From assembly GCA_964593375.1 (NCBI GenBank), contig CAZQIF010000003.1, forward strand, positions 11,210 to 75,209: a stretch of 64,000 nucleotides of DNA, in the 5' to 3' direction. The notes under the pieces were generated by a model. That model was not told the DNA's origin. It did not search any database and saw only the letters and a program-made list of their open reading frames with translations. The position numbers and the translations under genes are program-made. Source of the stretch: an uncultured Candidatus Saccharibacteria bacterium (GTDB lineage Bacteria > Patescibacteriota > Minisyncoccia > Phycocordibacterales > UBA918). Below are positions 1 to 9,225 of this stretch, in pieces (within the stretch, counting starts at the first letter, position 1; each line of letters opens with the position of its first letter).

Positions 1-2
1 GC

Positions 3-599
3 GTGCTTTCACTTACGTACGGATTTTTCTTTATGATTGATTTTCTTCCTGAGAAACCAGAACAAAATAATACTGAGTCTGCACTCACGGAGACGAGTAC
101 CATAAACGAAATACAAATGCCTGAAGAAACAGAAACAGCAAAGCCGATTGACCCGCTTCCAATAGCAATTATTTTTGATACCCTCGATGGGCGTGAGGTT
201 ACTATTCTTAATCCAGAGTCTGATACGGTTGCCGAACTTGATAGTGCACTCCTTAAGGGTGTCGTGCGACATCCAGACTCTGCAGACTTTAAGCAAAAAG
301 GAACTATTTTTCTTCTTGGACATTCGAGCTACCTTCCTAACGTGATGAATAAAAACTTCCAAGCGTTCAATGGTATTCAAAAACTTGCGTGGGGAGACAC
401 GATTCGACTTCGCTCAGCGGACACCGAGTATGTGTATCGCGTTGACCGCGTATATGAGGCAAAAGCATCTGATGCGGAAGTAAAAATTTACGAAGGGGAG
501 TCACGTCTCACGCTCGCAACCTGTGATTCATTTGGCACTAAAGATGATCGTTTTGTGGTGGAGGCATCTCTTCTTGAGTCTCATGCGCTTTCACTCTAA
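3..599 (+). CDS. sortase-family transpeptidase (N-terminus may be cut by the window edge)
   Basis: Conserved His in LLGHSSY, catalytic Cys in TLATC (TLxTC motif), Arg in RFVVEA about 10 aa downstream. Confidence 0.55.
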   Translation: MLSLTYGFFFMIDFLPEKPEQNNTESALTETSTINEIQMPEETETAKPIDPLPIAIIFDTLDGREVTILNPESDTVAELDSALLKGVVRHPDSADFKQKGTIFLLGHSSYLPNVMNKNFQAFNGIQKLAWGDTIRLRSADTEYVYRVDRVYEAKASDAEVKIYEGESRLTLATCDSFGTKDDRFVVEASLLESHALSL

Positions 600-642
600 A
601 ATCCTACAAAAAGGCGAAAACACTAGGTTTTGCGTGGTACAT

Positions 643-670
643 TGACAGAAATACGATTTTACGGTAAAAT
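643..670 (+). promoter_or_regulatory. sigma70-like promoter candidate (TTGACA, 16-nt spacer, TAAAAT)
   Basis: Near-consensus -35 and -10 hexamers read directly; about 270 nt upstream of the CDS at 943. Confidence 0.3.
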
Positions 671-942
671 AGTTAATAATAGTTCCTCTCGTATCCGGTA
701 TTTGATATAACGAGTGTTGGTAATTCTTCACTCAAAAGTGTATATACGTCGTAACTGATTTTCATGAAATCTACTGTGCTTATGTAACAAGCACACTATA
801 TTTTCGGCTAAATCTAAGCGATTGTCGTTGGCTTTTTGTTCGAAAGCGTGCTTTTTGCACTCTTGTGTGCAGTAAGTCATCTGCAATTTCGCGGAGGCAC
901 ACTCTTGTGAGTGATGTTCTTTGATTAGATAAGGAGGGCCTC

Positions 943-1482
943 ATGGCCAATGCGCGACGAAGCGATAGTAATAGTTGGTGGGGGGTCCTTTTAATTGGAC
1001 TCCTCATTGGTGCCGTTTTTGGGCACTTTGCCACCAAATACAATTGGCTTCGGCCGATTGGGTTTGGGAGTCTTGTTACATCGACTGCTAATGGGTCGGC
1101 ACCTGCGTTTACGCAGAATCTCTGCCCGGTATGTCCGGTGTGTGAGCCCGCGGTTACCATCACTCAGCCCCTCAAGGCTGAGTGCACGAATTTGCCGACA
1201 CAGGTCACATGCGTGCCGGTAGCAAAAACGGAGTTGTCCTGCAAGGCGCCTCCGGGCTGGCTCAAAAAGCCGGTTCCGAAGAAGCCCGTTGCAAGAGCTA
1301 CTAAACCGCAGGTGCCATCGGCACCTGCGGCGGAAACAAAACCGGCTGCACCGGACTTGGCAACAGCAATTCAAAACGCGCCAGCCGCATCAAAGCGGCC
1401 GGACTCGAAAACCTACGTGAACGAACTTCCGAAAGTCTCGGGGTGCATTCGCCAAAATTCTAAAGGAGAAGTGAAATGCTGA
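943..1482 (+). CDS. hypothetical membrane-anchored protein with a Pro/Lys/Ala-rich C-terminal region
   Basis: ORF with an N-terminal hydrophobic segment (WWGVLLIGLLIGAVFG); stop overlaps the start of the next ORF. Confidence 0.4.
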   Translation: MANARRSDSNSWWGVLLIGLLIGAVFGHFATKYNWLRPIGFGSLVTSTANGSAPAFTQNLCPVCPVCEPAVTITQPLKAECTNLPTQVTCVPVAKTELSCKAPPGWLKKPVPKKPVARATKPQVPSAPAAETKPAAPDLATAIQNAPAASKRPDSKTYVNELPKVSGCIRQNSKGEVKC

Positions 1483-2189
1483 AATTCGTTTCAGTAGTAC
1501 TTGCGGCGTTCGTTGTCGCAGGTTGCGGTTCGGTGCCAATGAAGTCAGCAAACACCACTGACAAGAATATTGAGTCGGTGACGACGTCGGTCAAATGCAC
1601 GAGCTATGGGCAAGCAGATTGCCTGAAGTTCGAGCTCTTGACCTACATCTACAAGTCGGAGCACCCGCTCATGAAGGGGTTGCCGGAACTTGCGGCGGCG
1701 CACGGCCCGGTCAACGAGCTGAAATTTTTAGAAGCTCGGAAGAAGGGTCAACTCCAGGGTGCGCACGGTAAGTTTCGTGCATACTTCTGGAAACTCAACG
1801 GCGCTTCCGCTCAGGGGGCACAAGTGTATCGCCTCAATGGGAACGACAAGTACAAGTCAGTCCCGTTTAAGGATGTGACCAAGTCGGCGTCCTACCCAAA
1901 GACCGACCTCGGTGCACCATCTTTGGTTCTTGAGATCGAAACGGCGGGTGACGATCCAATGGGCGTCATCTTCCAGATTCCGTGGAAGTGGATTGACCCA
2001 AAGGAAACCACGGCTCTCTTCTGTGACCAGGATGAAACGGGCGTGTACCCGATCGGAAAGGTTAACGAGTCGGGGACCCATCAGGGTCATTGGCTCACCA
2101 AGTCGGCATTCAAGCGATTTGCCGACAAGGAAGGAGGTCCCTCGAGGCTCGTGCTTCTCGCGTTCGTGAAGAACGTCAAAGCCGAGTAG
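1476..2189 (+). CDS. putative lipoprotein (hypothetical)
   Basis: Signal peptide ending in a lipobox-like VAGCGS; no recognisable catalytic motifs. Confidence 0.45.
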   Translation: MLKFVSVVLAAFVVAGCGSVPMKSANTTDKNIESVTTSVKCTSYGQADCLKFELLTYIYKSEHPLMKGLPELAAAHGPVNELKFLEARKKGQLQGAHGKFRAYFWKLNGASAQGAQVYRLNGNDKYKSVPFKDVTKSASYPKTDLGAPSLVLEIETAGDDPMGVIFQIPWKWIDPKETTALFCDQDETGVYPIGKVNESGTHQGHWLTKSAFKRFADKEGGPSRLVLLAFVKNVKAE

Positions 2190-2295
2190 GTTGCTCCGGC
2201 AAAAAATGAGTAGCCGAAGCATACAACACCGCCGGCGAAGCCGGTGGTTACCAAGGCCAAAGCACCGGCCTAACCAGTTCTTCAAAACCCGATTG

Positions 2296-2340
2296 CGTGA
2301 CGGACACATAGTATATGTGTCCGTCACAAGATCTTTTTCA
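2296..2340 (+). terminator. hairpin plus T-tract (intrinsic terminator candidate)
   Basis: Perfect 14-bp inverted repeat GTGACGGACACATA/TATGTGTCCGTCAC followed by AAGATCTTTTT, 106 nt after the lipoprotein stop. Confidence 0.45.
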
Positions 2341-2403
2341 AACTTTCGATACTCTCGCGTACAGGGGTGTAGGTGTGAGTATTTAGAAGCAAGAAACATT
2401 AAT

Positions 2404-5400
2404 ATGAAAACAATTACCACAATTATAAAGACAGACGCATTCAAATATGCGATTTTTGCGTTTCTTATCGCAACGGTTGCATTCTTTGCAGTACTCCCAT
2501 TTATTTCAGATATTAATCCACACGTGAGTGGTCCTTCGCTCTCTGCGCTCCTCGTGACCGCCGATGATGGCGGTGGCGATTCAGGGTCTGGAGACTCCGG
2601 TTCAGGTGACAGCGGTACTGGCGACTCAGGTTCAGGAAGCTCAGATGGAGGCGACACCGGCTCAGGTACACCCGGCGATGGTTGCTGTGGTGACGACACC
2701 GGCTCAGGCGAAACTGGTACTGGCGACTCAGGTTCAGGCGAAACTGGAGTTGGCACACCTGGTGACGGCTGTTGTGGTGACGGTGGTAGTGATACTGGCG
2801 GGACACCAACCGATTCAGGAAATTCTGGTGGTGGTGAAGTAGCATGTTCACCCATTTGGAACGGGTGCGGTGGTTACTGGTACCAGAACAGTTGTATCTA
2901 TTCGTGTCCAACAGGGACACATGCAGAAAACGTAAGTGGCGCAAATGATGCTCAGTATTGTGGACTCTCATACAATACTTGTGAACCAAACCCAGTCGAA
3001 GTTGAACCTTCATGTTCAATTTCTGCAAACCCTAACCCCTGTACACTTGGTGCTAATTCACTTTGTGCGAGCTCAATTTCATGGTCGACGGAGAACATGA
3101 GTAACCCTGCAGTTTTCGTGCAGTCAACAGGTCAAAAGTTTGCTGCAGACGATAGTGGAAGTCAGTCGGCTCCATGGATTGATCATGCGGGCGTGACTTT
3201 TGTCGTTAAGGAACAATCTGGTTCTGCTCCAGTCATCTGTTCAGTTTCAGTCTCGGGTGTATGTGCTTCTGGAACGACATGGAATGGCAGTAATTGTGTG
3301 GCACCTACACCTACACCAACCCCAACACCGACACCAACTCCAAGCACACCAACATGTTCTCTTGCTGTGACACAGTCAACGATTACTGCAGGTCAACAGA
3401 CAACGCTTTCATGGTACACAAGTAATTTTCAATCATACAATGTACTCGAGATTGATCGTGGCATAGGTTATGTTACGCCACCACTTAATGGCTCAATGAC
3501 TATTTCGCCGAGCGTGACGACAACCTACACTGGTCATATCATAGATTTCAGTCCGACGAATGTTCGACCATGCTCAGTTACAGTGACGGTTATTCCAGTC
3601 ACTCCAAGTGCACCAACCTGTACACTCACGGCTTCTCCAACTTCAGTAAATCAAGGAAGCGCGTCAACGCTCTCATGGACAACCTCAAACGCCTCAAGTA
3701 TTTCGATTGACCAAGGCGTAGGTGCTGTTGGTGTGAGTGGCTCACAGAGCGTTTCACCAAGCGCAACAAAAACATACACCCTCACCGCAACCGGTGCTGG
3801 GGGTAGTGTGACATGTGCGAAAACGGTAACGGTTATTCCAACACCGAGTGCACCAACCTGTACGCTCACCGCGTCTCCAGCGTCAATCAATCAGGGAAGC
3901 GCGTCGACACTTTCATGGACAACCTCAAATGCGACTTCCGTTTCAATTAACCAAGGCGTAGGTGCTGTTGGTGCGAGTGGCTCAAAGAGTGTTTCTCCAT
4001 CAAACACTACGTCATACACGCTTACTGCGACCGGTGCTGGTGGTACGGTGACCTGTGAAAAGCAGGTGGTTGTAGTAGTACCAAACCCAGCTCCAACCTG
4101 TACGCTTACCGCGTCTCCAACATCAATCAATCAGGGAAGTGCTTCAACACTCAGTTGGACAACAACAAATGCATCGAGTGTGACCCTTAACGAGGGTATT
4201 GGTGCAGTGGCGACGAATGGTTCAAAGAGTGTTTCTCCAAGTGCGACAAAAACGTACACGCTTACAGCTGACGGCGCTGGTGGTACCGTTACGTGTTCAA
4301 AGACCGTGACTGTGGTAGTACCAAATCCTGCACCAACCTGTACGATTACGGTAAATCCTCAGAGTATGACACGTGGTAACTCCGCAATACTTTCATGGAG
4401 CACTACAAATGCGACCGCCGTTGTCATCGACAACAATATCGGCACCGTTTCCCTGAGTGGTACACATACGGTTTCACCAACGGTGACTACTGAATATAAA
4501 CTATCTGCAGTCGGCGCTGGTGGTAGTGTACTCTGCAAAACAACACTTGCGGTGAATGAACCGCCAGTTGCGCCAACGTGTGCGCTTAATGCAAACAAGA
4601 CTGCAATTACCGCTGGTGAAAGTGTTACACTCACCTGGAGTTCAACAAATGCGAACCAAAGTACACTTCAAGGCGTAAATGTCGCGCTCTCAGGAAGTGG
4701 CGTGTACACCCCTGAAACGACAACGACATACACCTATGTGGTAACCGGAGCTGGTGGTTCACAAACCTGCACGAAGACCATTACGGTTACTCCGTATGTT
4801 CCTGTCTCACCAGTATGTTCACTTACGGTAAGTCCAAACAAAATTACAAAGGGAAGTATGGCGACACTCAACTGGACAGTTGGAAATGCGAGTGTGATAT
4901 CAATTGATCAAAACATCGGCACTGTTTCTGCGGTTGATTCTCGTTTAGTGAACCCAATACAAAACACAACCTACACTCTCACGGCTCGCGGTGAAGCAAA
5001 TCAGACCGTGACTTGTGTTGCTTCACTCGTTGTTGAGGAACCGCATGTTGACGATCCGGTGAAGTGCGATGCATTCAGCGCTTCGCCAAGTACGCTTACT
5101 GCTGCTGGCACCACGACACTCACTTGGAATACTTCAAATGCAACGAATGTTTCAATTAACAACGGTGTTGGTACCGTGTCTGAAGATGGCGGAAAAAGTG
5201 TCTTTGTGGAAGCAAATACAACCTACACCCTCACCGCAACCGATGGTGACAAAACAGTAACCTGTCAGACGCAAGTGAACATTGTACCTCCTACGGTGAT
5301 TGTTCCTAAGTGTGACGCGTTCTCGGTCAGTCCATCATCTCTCAATAAGGGTGAAACAGCGACACTTACATGGGCCACCACAAATGCTTCATCAGTTTCG

Positions 5401-6435
5401 ATCAACAATGGTGTTGGTACTGTTGCAGTCGATGGCAATTCATCAGTTACGGTAAATTCTGATACGACCTATACACTCACCGCAACAAATGGAAGTGCAT
5501 CTGATAGTTGCCAAGCGACAGTCACTATTAAATCAAGCGGTGGAGGAGGCGGAGGTGGGTCAAGTTCACCACGCTGTACGCTCACCGCGTCTGATAAGAA
5601 GATTTCGGCAGGTGAACAAGTTACCCTCACGTGGAAGAATACTCGAACAAACGATATCCTGCTCAAGGATAATCGTGGCAACGTGCTCGCTGATTCAAAG
5701 AAGGACAGCAAGATTGATGAAGATGCAGATTCAATCAAGGTAAAGCCAACCAAATCAACGTCATATACGCTTACCGTTATTAAGGGAAGCAAGAAGCGTG
5801 ACTGTACTGTTGATATCAATGTGTCGAATGTGACCGTTTCAAGCAATCGTCCACTCGTTGCGGGTATCTCACTTTCACAGGTTCCGTACACTGGATTTGA
5901 CGCTGGTCCATTCCTTACGACAGTCTTCTATTCACTCATTGTACTTTGGGGACTTGGTATCGCATACGTGCTCGTGCTGAGGGGAAACAAGAATACTCTT
6001 TCTTTGAGTACTCTTACGCCTATTCGGTCAATACCTATGATTAAGGAAGAAGCTCCTGTCCACCGCATTCCGACAATGCTTGTTGCACCAACCGTGACAA
6101 CAGCACCACAAACTTGGAAAGCGGTTAATCCGGTTATTGGGTACGAGTCGCTCTACGCGACTGCACCCGCTTCGGTAATTGAAGAAGAAGTTACTGAGGA
6201 AGCAACCGTTGAACCGCAGGTAGAAGACACCACCGCACTTCTTGAAGGACATGCACATGACGCACATGTGCTCATGTCGAGCGATGCGCTCCGTTTCATT
6301 GCGGGGCAGTCAGCGCTTGTCGAGGAACAGCTTGCAATTCTTGATAAGGTTATTGGTCTTGCAAAGGCGCAGTATCCTTCAGAGAACGGATGGGTCATCG
6401 TCAATAAAGAAAAAACCCTTTCTCTACTCAAATAA
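2404..6435 (+). CDS. giant surface protein with a Gly/Ser/Asp-rich linker, a Cys-rich module, about ten tandem Ig-like repeats, and a C-terminal TM segment followed by an approximately 150-aa tail
   Basis: Start taken at MKTITT (2404) because the 2191 to 2403 extension is Arg-rich junk containing the upstream terminator hairpin. Repeat unit is approximately PTCTLTASPTSxNQGSASTLSWTTSNASS...TYTLTATGAGG.VTC. Hydrophobic segment TTVFYSLIVLWGLGIAYVLVL is preceded by VPYTG. Confidence 0.7.
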   Translation: MKTITTIIKTDAFKYAIFAFLIATVAFFAVLPFISDINPHVSGPSLSALLVTADDGGGDSGSGDSGSGDSGTGDSGSGSSDGGDTGSGTPGDGCCGDDTGSGETGTGDSGSGETGVGTPGDGCCGDGGSDTGGTPTDSGNSGGGEVACSPIWNGCGGYWYQNSCIYSCPTGTHAENVSGANDAQYCGLSYNTCEPNPVEVEPSCSISANPNPCTLGANSLCASSISWSTENMSNPAVFVQSTGQKFAADDSGSQSAPWIDHAGVTFVVKEQSGSAPVICSVSVSGVCASGTTWNGSNCVAPTPTPTPTPTPTPSTPTCSLAVTQSTITAGQQTTLSWYTSNFQSYNVLEIDRGIGYVTPPLNGSMTISPSVTTTYTGHIIDFSPTNVRPCSVTVTVIPVTPSAPTCTLTASPTSVNQGSASTLSWTTSNASSISIDQGVGAVGVSGSQSVSPSATKTYTLTATGAGGSVTCAKTVTVIPTPSAPTCTLTASPASINQGSASTLSWTTSNATSVSINQGVGAVGASGSKSVSPSNTTSYTLTATGAGGTVTCEKQVVVVVPNPAPTCTLTASPTSINQGSASTLSWTTTNASSVTLNEGIGAVATNGSKSVSPSATKTYTLTADGAGGTVTCSKTVTVVVPNPAPTCTITVNPQSMTRGNSAILSWSTTNATAVVIDNNIGTVSLSGTHTVSPTVTTEYKLSAVGAGGSVLCKTTLAVNEPPVAPTCALNANKTAITAGESVTLTWSSTNANQSTLQGVNVALSGSGVYTPETTTTYTYVVTGAGGSQTCTKTITVTPYVPVSPVCSLTVSPNKITKGSMATLNWTVGNASVISIDQNIGTVSAVDSRLVNPIQNTTYTLTARGEANQTVTCVASLVVEEPHVDDPVKCDAFSASPSTLTAAGTTTLTWNTSNATNVSINNGVGTVSEDGGKSVFVEANTTYTLTATDGDKTVTCQTQVNIVPPTVIVPKCDAFSVSPSSLNKGETATLTWATTNASSVSINNGVGTVAVDGNSSVTVNSDTTYTLTATNGSASDSCQATVTIKSSGGGGGGGSSSPRCTLTASDKKISAGEQVTLTWKNTRTNDILLKDNRGNVLADSKKDSKIDEDADSIKVKPTKSTSYTLTVIKGSKKRDCTVDINVSNVTVSSNRPLVAGISLSQVPYTGFDAGPFLTTVFYSLIVLWGLGIAYVLVLRGNKNTLSLSTLTPIRSIPMIKEEAPVHRIPTMLVAPTVTTAPQTWKAVNPVIGYESLYATAPASVIEEEVTEEATVEPQVEDTTALLEGHAHDAHVLMSSDALRFIAGQSALVEEQLAILDKVIGLAKAQYPSENGWVIVNKEKTLSLLK
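3346..5830 (+). repeat. about ten tandem copies of a roughly 240-bp (80-codon) coding repeat
   Basis: Units 3604 to 3843 and 3844 to 4083 are roughly 85 percent identical at the nucleotide level. The antisense 79-aa ORFs at 3651 to 3890 and 3891 to 4130 are shadows of the repeat. Confidence 0.8.
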
Positions 6436-6462
6436 AATAGAGAATAGAAGATAGAAAATATA

Positions 6463-6497
6463 GAAACACCCGCACAGCAAAGCTGTGCGGGTGTTTC
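6463..6497. terminator. bidirectional hairpin between convergent genes
   Basis: GAAACACCCGCACAGC aaa GCTGTGCGGGTGTTTC, a perfect 16-bp stem, between the surface protein (+) and thrS (-), flanked by AT-rich repeats. Confidence 0.55.
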
Positions 6498-6537
6498 TAT
6501 TCTATATTCAATATTTCTATATCCTATATCCTATATT

Positions 6538-8295
6538 CTACAGTGTTTTCGTCTCAACCTCAGTAAGGAGATGATTCCCAAGCTTTGAGACCGACATCTG
6601 CTCTGACGTACCATTTCGTGACTCAAGCGTGACATTTTTCTCAGCAACTTCCTTGTCTCCAACGACAACAAAGTAGGGAAGTTTATCTATTTTTGCATTG
6701 CGGATTTTCTTTCCCATCGATTCGTTACTATCGTCGAGCGTTGCGCGAATACCCACTGCCTTGAGTTCATCAAAGACTGTCTTTGCGTATTCGGTATGGA
6801 TTTCTGAAACCGGAATAATACGTACCTGTTCTGGAGAAAGCCAGAGAGGGAAGTTTCCACCAAGGTGTTCAATAAGTACTGCAGAGAAACGTTCAATCGA
6901 ACCCATGATTGCGCAGTGAATCATTACAATGCGTTCTTTTTCGCCTTGCTCATTGACGCAGGTAAGATCGAAGCGCTCGGGCATGTTCATGTCGAGCTGG
7001 ATGGTTGCAACTTGATGCTCACGTCCGAGAGAATCTTTTGCCATGAAGTCGAGCTTCGGTCCGTACATCGCTGCTTCTCCTTGTGCCTCAAAGTAATCAG
7101 CATTTCGCTCTTTTGCAATTTCTCTGAGTGCATTTTCCGCGTTACTCCAAATTTCTGGTGTACCAAGATACTTTTTGAACTCGAGCGGATCATGGAAGGA
7201 AAGTCGTACGCGAAGTTTGAAGCCGAATGCTCCATAGAAGGTGTCTATGATGTCCCAAATTTTGAAGAATTCTTGCTTCACCTGATTGTGTCTGCAGAAT
7301 ACATGCGAGTCGTCTTGTGTGATTGATAAGACGCGCGTGAGACCGCCAAGCTCGCCCGATTGTTCATCTCGATAGACCATTGTTGTTTCAGCGTATCGTT
7401 GTGGCATGTTGCGGTAACTGTGGGGTTGTCGGTCAAAAATTTGTGTGTGATGAGGGCAGTTCATGGGCTTCAGTGCATACTCTTTTCCTTCACGGGTTGT
7501 AATGCGGAAAAGCTCATCAGCAAATTTATCCCAGTGTCCTGATGTTTCGTAGAGATTCTTTTTTGTGATATGCGGAACGGTCACACGCTCATACCCATGC
7601 TTCAGTCGAAGTTCCCACACAAAGCTATCGAGGAGATGACGAATTTGCGTTCCTTTTGGTGTCCAGAGAGGAAGTCCTGGTCCGACGAGTTCTGAAAATG
7701 TGAAGAGGTCGAGTTCTTTCCCAAGTTTACGATGGTCTCGCTTCTTTGCTTCTTCAATTTGGTTAACGTACGCATCAAGTTCTTCTTTGGTGTCAAACGC
7801 GTACCCATAGATGCGGGTGAGCATCGGATTTTTTTCATCCCCGCGCCAGTACGCACCCGCGACAGCGTGGAGCGTGAACGAATCGCTCCCGATTTCTTCT
7901 GCTGGCTTTTCTGAATGGCCACCACGACAGAGGTCGGTGAATGCTTGGTCGCCTGAGCCGACCGTGTAGAGGGTGATAGTTGCACCTTCTTTTTCGAGGC
8001 CATTGATGAGCTCAGTCTTGAAGACGTTTCCGGCGAAGGCCTCACGGGCTTCGGGGGCCGTGACTTCCTTGTGCGAAAATTCTTTCCAAGAGGGAAGGAT
8101 TCTACGCATCTGCTTCTCAATTCCCTTCAAATCTTCAGTGGTTGGCGCTTCCCCACCGCTAAAATCAAAATCGTAATAGAACCCATTTTCGATTGATGGG
8201 CCTATGGTTGGCTTTGCGTGTGGGTACTGCGTTGTGATGACCTTTGCAAGAAGATGGGCAAGGGTATGTCGTTTTTGGGTGAGCTTGTCTTCCAT
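6538..8295 (-). CDS. thrS: threonyl-tRNA synthetase (lacks the N-terminal TGS domain, editing domain present)
   Basis: Class II motifs including KPMNCPHHTQIF; editing-domain HxxxH (RHTLAHLLA) and CxxxH (LCRGGH); anticodon-binding C-terminus. Confidence 0.9.
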   Translation of the reverse strand: MEDKLTQKRHTLAHLLAKVITTQYPHAKPTIGPSIENGFYYDFDFSGGEAPTTEDLKGIEKQMRRILPSWKEFSHKEVTAPEAREAFAGNVFKTELINGLEKEGATITLYTVGSGDQAFTDLCRGGHSEKPAEEIGSDSFTLHAVAGAYWRGDEKNPMLTRIYGYAFDTKEELDAYVNQIEEAKKRDHRKLGKELDLFTFSELVGPGLPLWTPKGTQIRHLLDSFVWELRLKHGYERVTVPHITKKNLYETSGHWDKFADELFRITTREGKEYALKPMNCPHHTQIFDRQPHSYRNMPQRYAETTMVYRDEQSGELGGLTRVLSITQDDSHVFCRHNQVKQEFFKIWDIIDTFYGAFGFKLRVRLSFHDPLEFKKYLGTPEIWSNAENALREIAKERNADYFEAQGEAAMYGPKLDFMAKDSLGREHQVATIQLDMNMPERFDLTCVNEQGEKERIVMIHCAIMGSIERFSAVLIEHLGGNFPLWLSPEQVRIIPVSEIHTEYAKTVFDELKAVGIRATLDDSNESMGKKIRNAKIDKLPYFVVVGDKEVAEKNVTLESRNGTSEQMSVSKLGNHLLTEVETKTL

Positions 8296-8531
8296 ATGAG
8301 TTTTTATTAAGTATTCTTATAAACTAAAAAACGTCCGAGTAAAAATACGATAATTCGCATTTTTACTCGGACGATCTTTTGACCGCGGTTCCACCGAGCT
8401 TCTGAGGCCGTAAGCCCCAGCACTTTAGGTATCAAATTAGGCACATTAGTGCGTCGCATAGGACTGGTAGTTGGTAGCCACCACAATCTCTGATGTAGCT
8501 GTTATCGTATCGTGTTACTAGGTATTGTCAA
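8296..8531 (-). promoter_or_regulatory. candidate T-box riboswitch leader of thrS (Stem I with AGAGA and ACC codons, T-box sequence, terminator hairpin plus U-tract)
   Basis: On the minus strand: GCUCGGUGGAACCGCGG (T-box-like, UGGA bulge), then hairpin GTCCGAGTAAAAAT...ATTTTTACTCGGAC and GTTTTTT ending 25 nt before the thrS ATG. Upstream, CAUCAGAGAUUG and GGCUACCAACUACCAG. Possible TTGACA -35 at 8531 to 8526. Confidence 0.5.
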
Positions 8532-8602
8532 CAAGTTTGAAGGTGGTACACGAAATTGGAGAAGAGTCGAACTCCAGGTTCTCTAAGTGAGCATACAGCT
8601 AT

Positions 8603-8630
8603 TGACATAATTGCACTATGTTGCTATAAT
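8603..8630 (+). promoter_or_regulatory. consensus sigma70 promoter (TTGACA, 16 nt, TATAAT)
   Basis: Perfect -35 and -10 hexamers; divergent from the thrS leader; drives the small ORF at 8730. Confidence 0.5.
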
Positions 8631-8729
8631 CCTATGCAGTTACAGAGCTCGAAGTACGGGGCATGAAGTGGAGTAAGGTCCTGGCAAGACCTATGATTTC
8701 AAATCACCCTTTTTGAGGAAAATATAAAC

Positions 8730-9029
8730 GTGGAAAAAGTCATTTGCTGGCTTGGTGATAACGAGGTCGCCACGGGTTGCGGAGATACCAAAAAGGCCGC
8801 TCTCGAGGACGCGGTCGGCTGGTGGATCAAGGACAAGTTAACCGAGACGTACAGTCTTTCGTTGGCCGACGTAGACCCTCTTTGCGAGAAAATTCTCGCG
8901 GCAATCGCGGACTCGAAATTCGTGGATGAGGGGGGATATGCCACTTTCGAGCCTGGCGTTCATTACGATCTTTGCTGCGAGATCTACGACGTTGCCGAAA
9001 AGCTCGGCATCAAGAACTTCGGCAAGTAA
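8730..9029 (+). CDS. small hypothetical protein (99 aa, GTG start, 5 Cys)
   Basis: GAGGA Shine-Dalgarno 8 nt before GTG; consensus promoter upstream and a strong terminator downstream; no recognisable domain. Confidence 0.5.
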   Translation: MEKVICWLGDNEVATGCGDTKKAALEDAVGWWIKDKLTETYSLSLADVDPLCEKILAAIADSKFVDEGGYATFEPGVHYDLCCEIYDVAEKLGIKNFGK

Positions 9030-9052
9030 TCCTGTCCTCGTCTCCTGAAATA

Positions 9053-9108
9053 ACCCGCCGTAGTGCAGAGTCGCCCTTTGGGACACTCTCACTACGGCGG
9101 TTTCTGTT
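9053..9108 (+). terminator. intrinsic terminator
   Basis: CCCGCCGTAGTG ... CACTACGGCGG stem followed by TTTCTGTTTG. Confidence 0.55.
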
Positions 9109-9225
9109 TGTTATGAGAGTGCATGAGGGGGGTTAAAACTCCATATCAGCACATCCTTCCGTCCTGAATTTGCACGCTAACTGCACAAGGTGGAAAGGGG
9201 GTCATATGCTAAACTATAAATCACC

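Noticed and set aside
2191-2403. N-terminal 71-codon extension of the giant ORF as given in the track (MLRQKMSSRSIQHRRR...)
   Set aside because: Arg-rich, non-protein-like, and contains the perfect terminator hairpin of the upstream gene. The real start is most likely MKTITT at 2404, which is followed by a hydrophobic signal/TM segment.
1857-2855. 332-aa Pro/Ser-rich minus-strand ORF
   Set aside because: Antisense shadow of the lipoprotein gene and of the Gly/Ser/Asp-rich region of the surface protein. It is low complexity and overlaps two better-supported genes.
3651-4634. 79 to 91-aa minus-strand ORFs repeating with 240-nt period
   Set aside because: They are artefacts of the tandem coding repeats on the plus strand.
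3346-5830. Possible CRISPR array because of regular tandem repeats
   Set aside because: The repeats are 240 bp, contiguous with no spacers, and in-frame coding (Ig-like domains). No cas genes are present.
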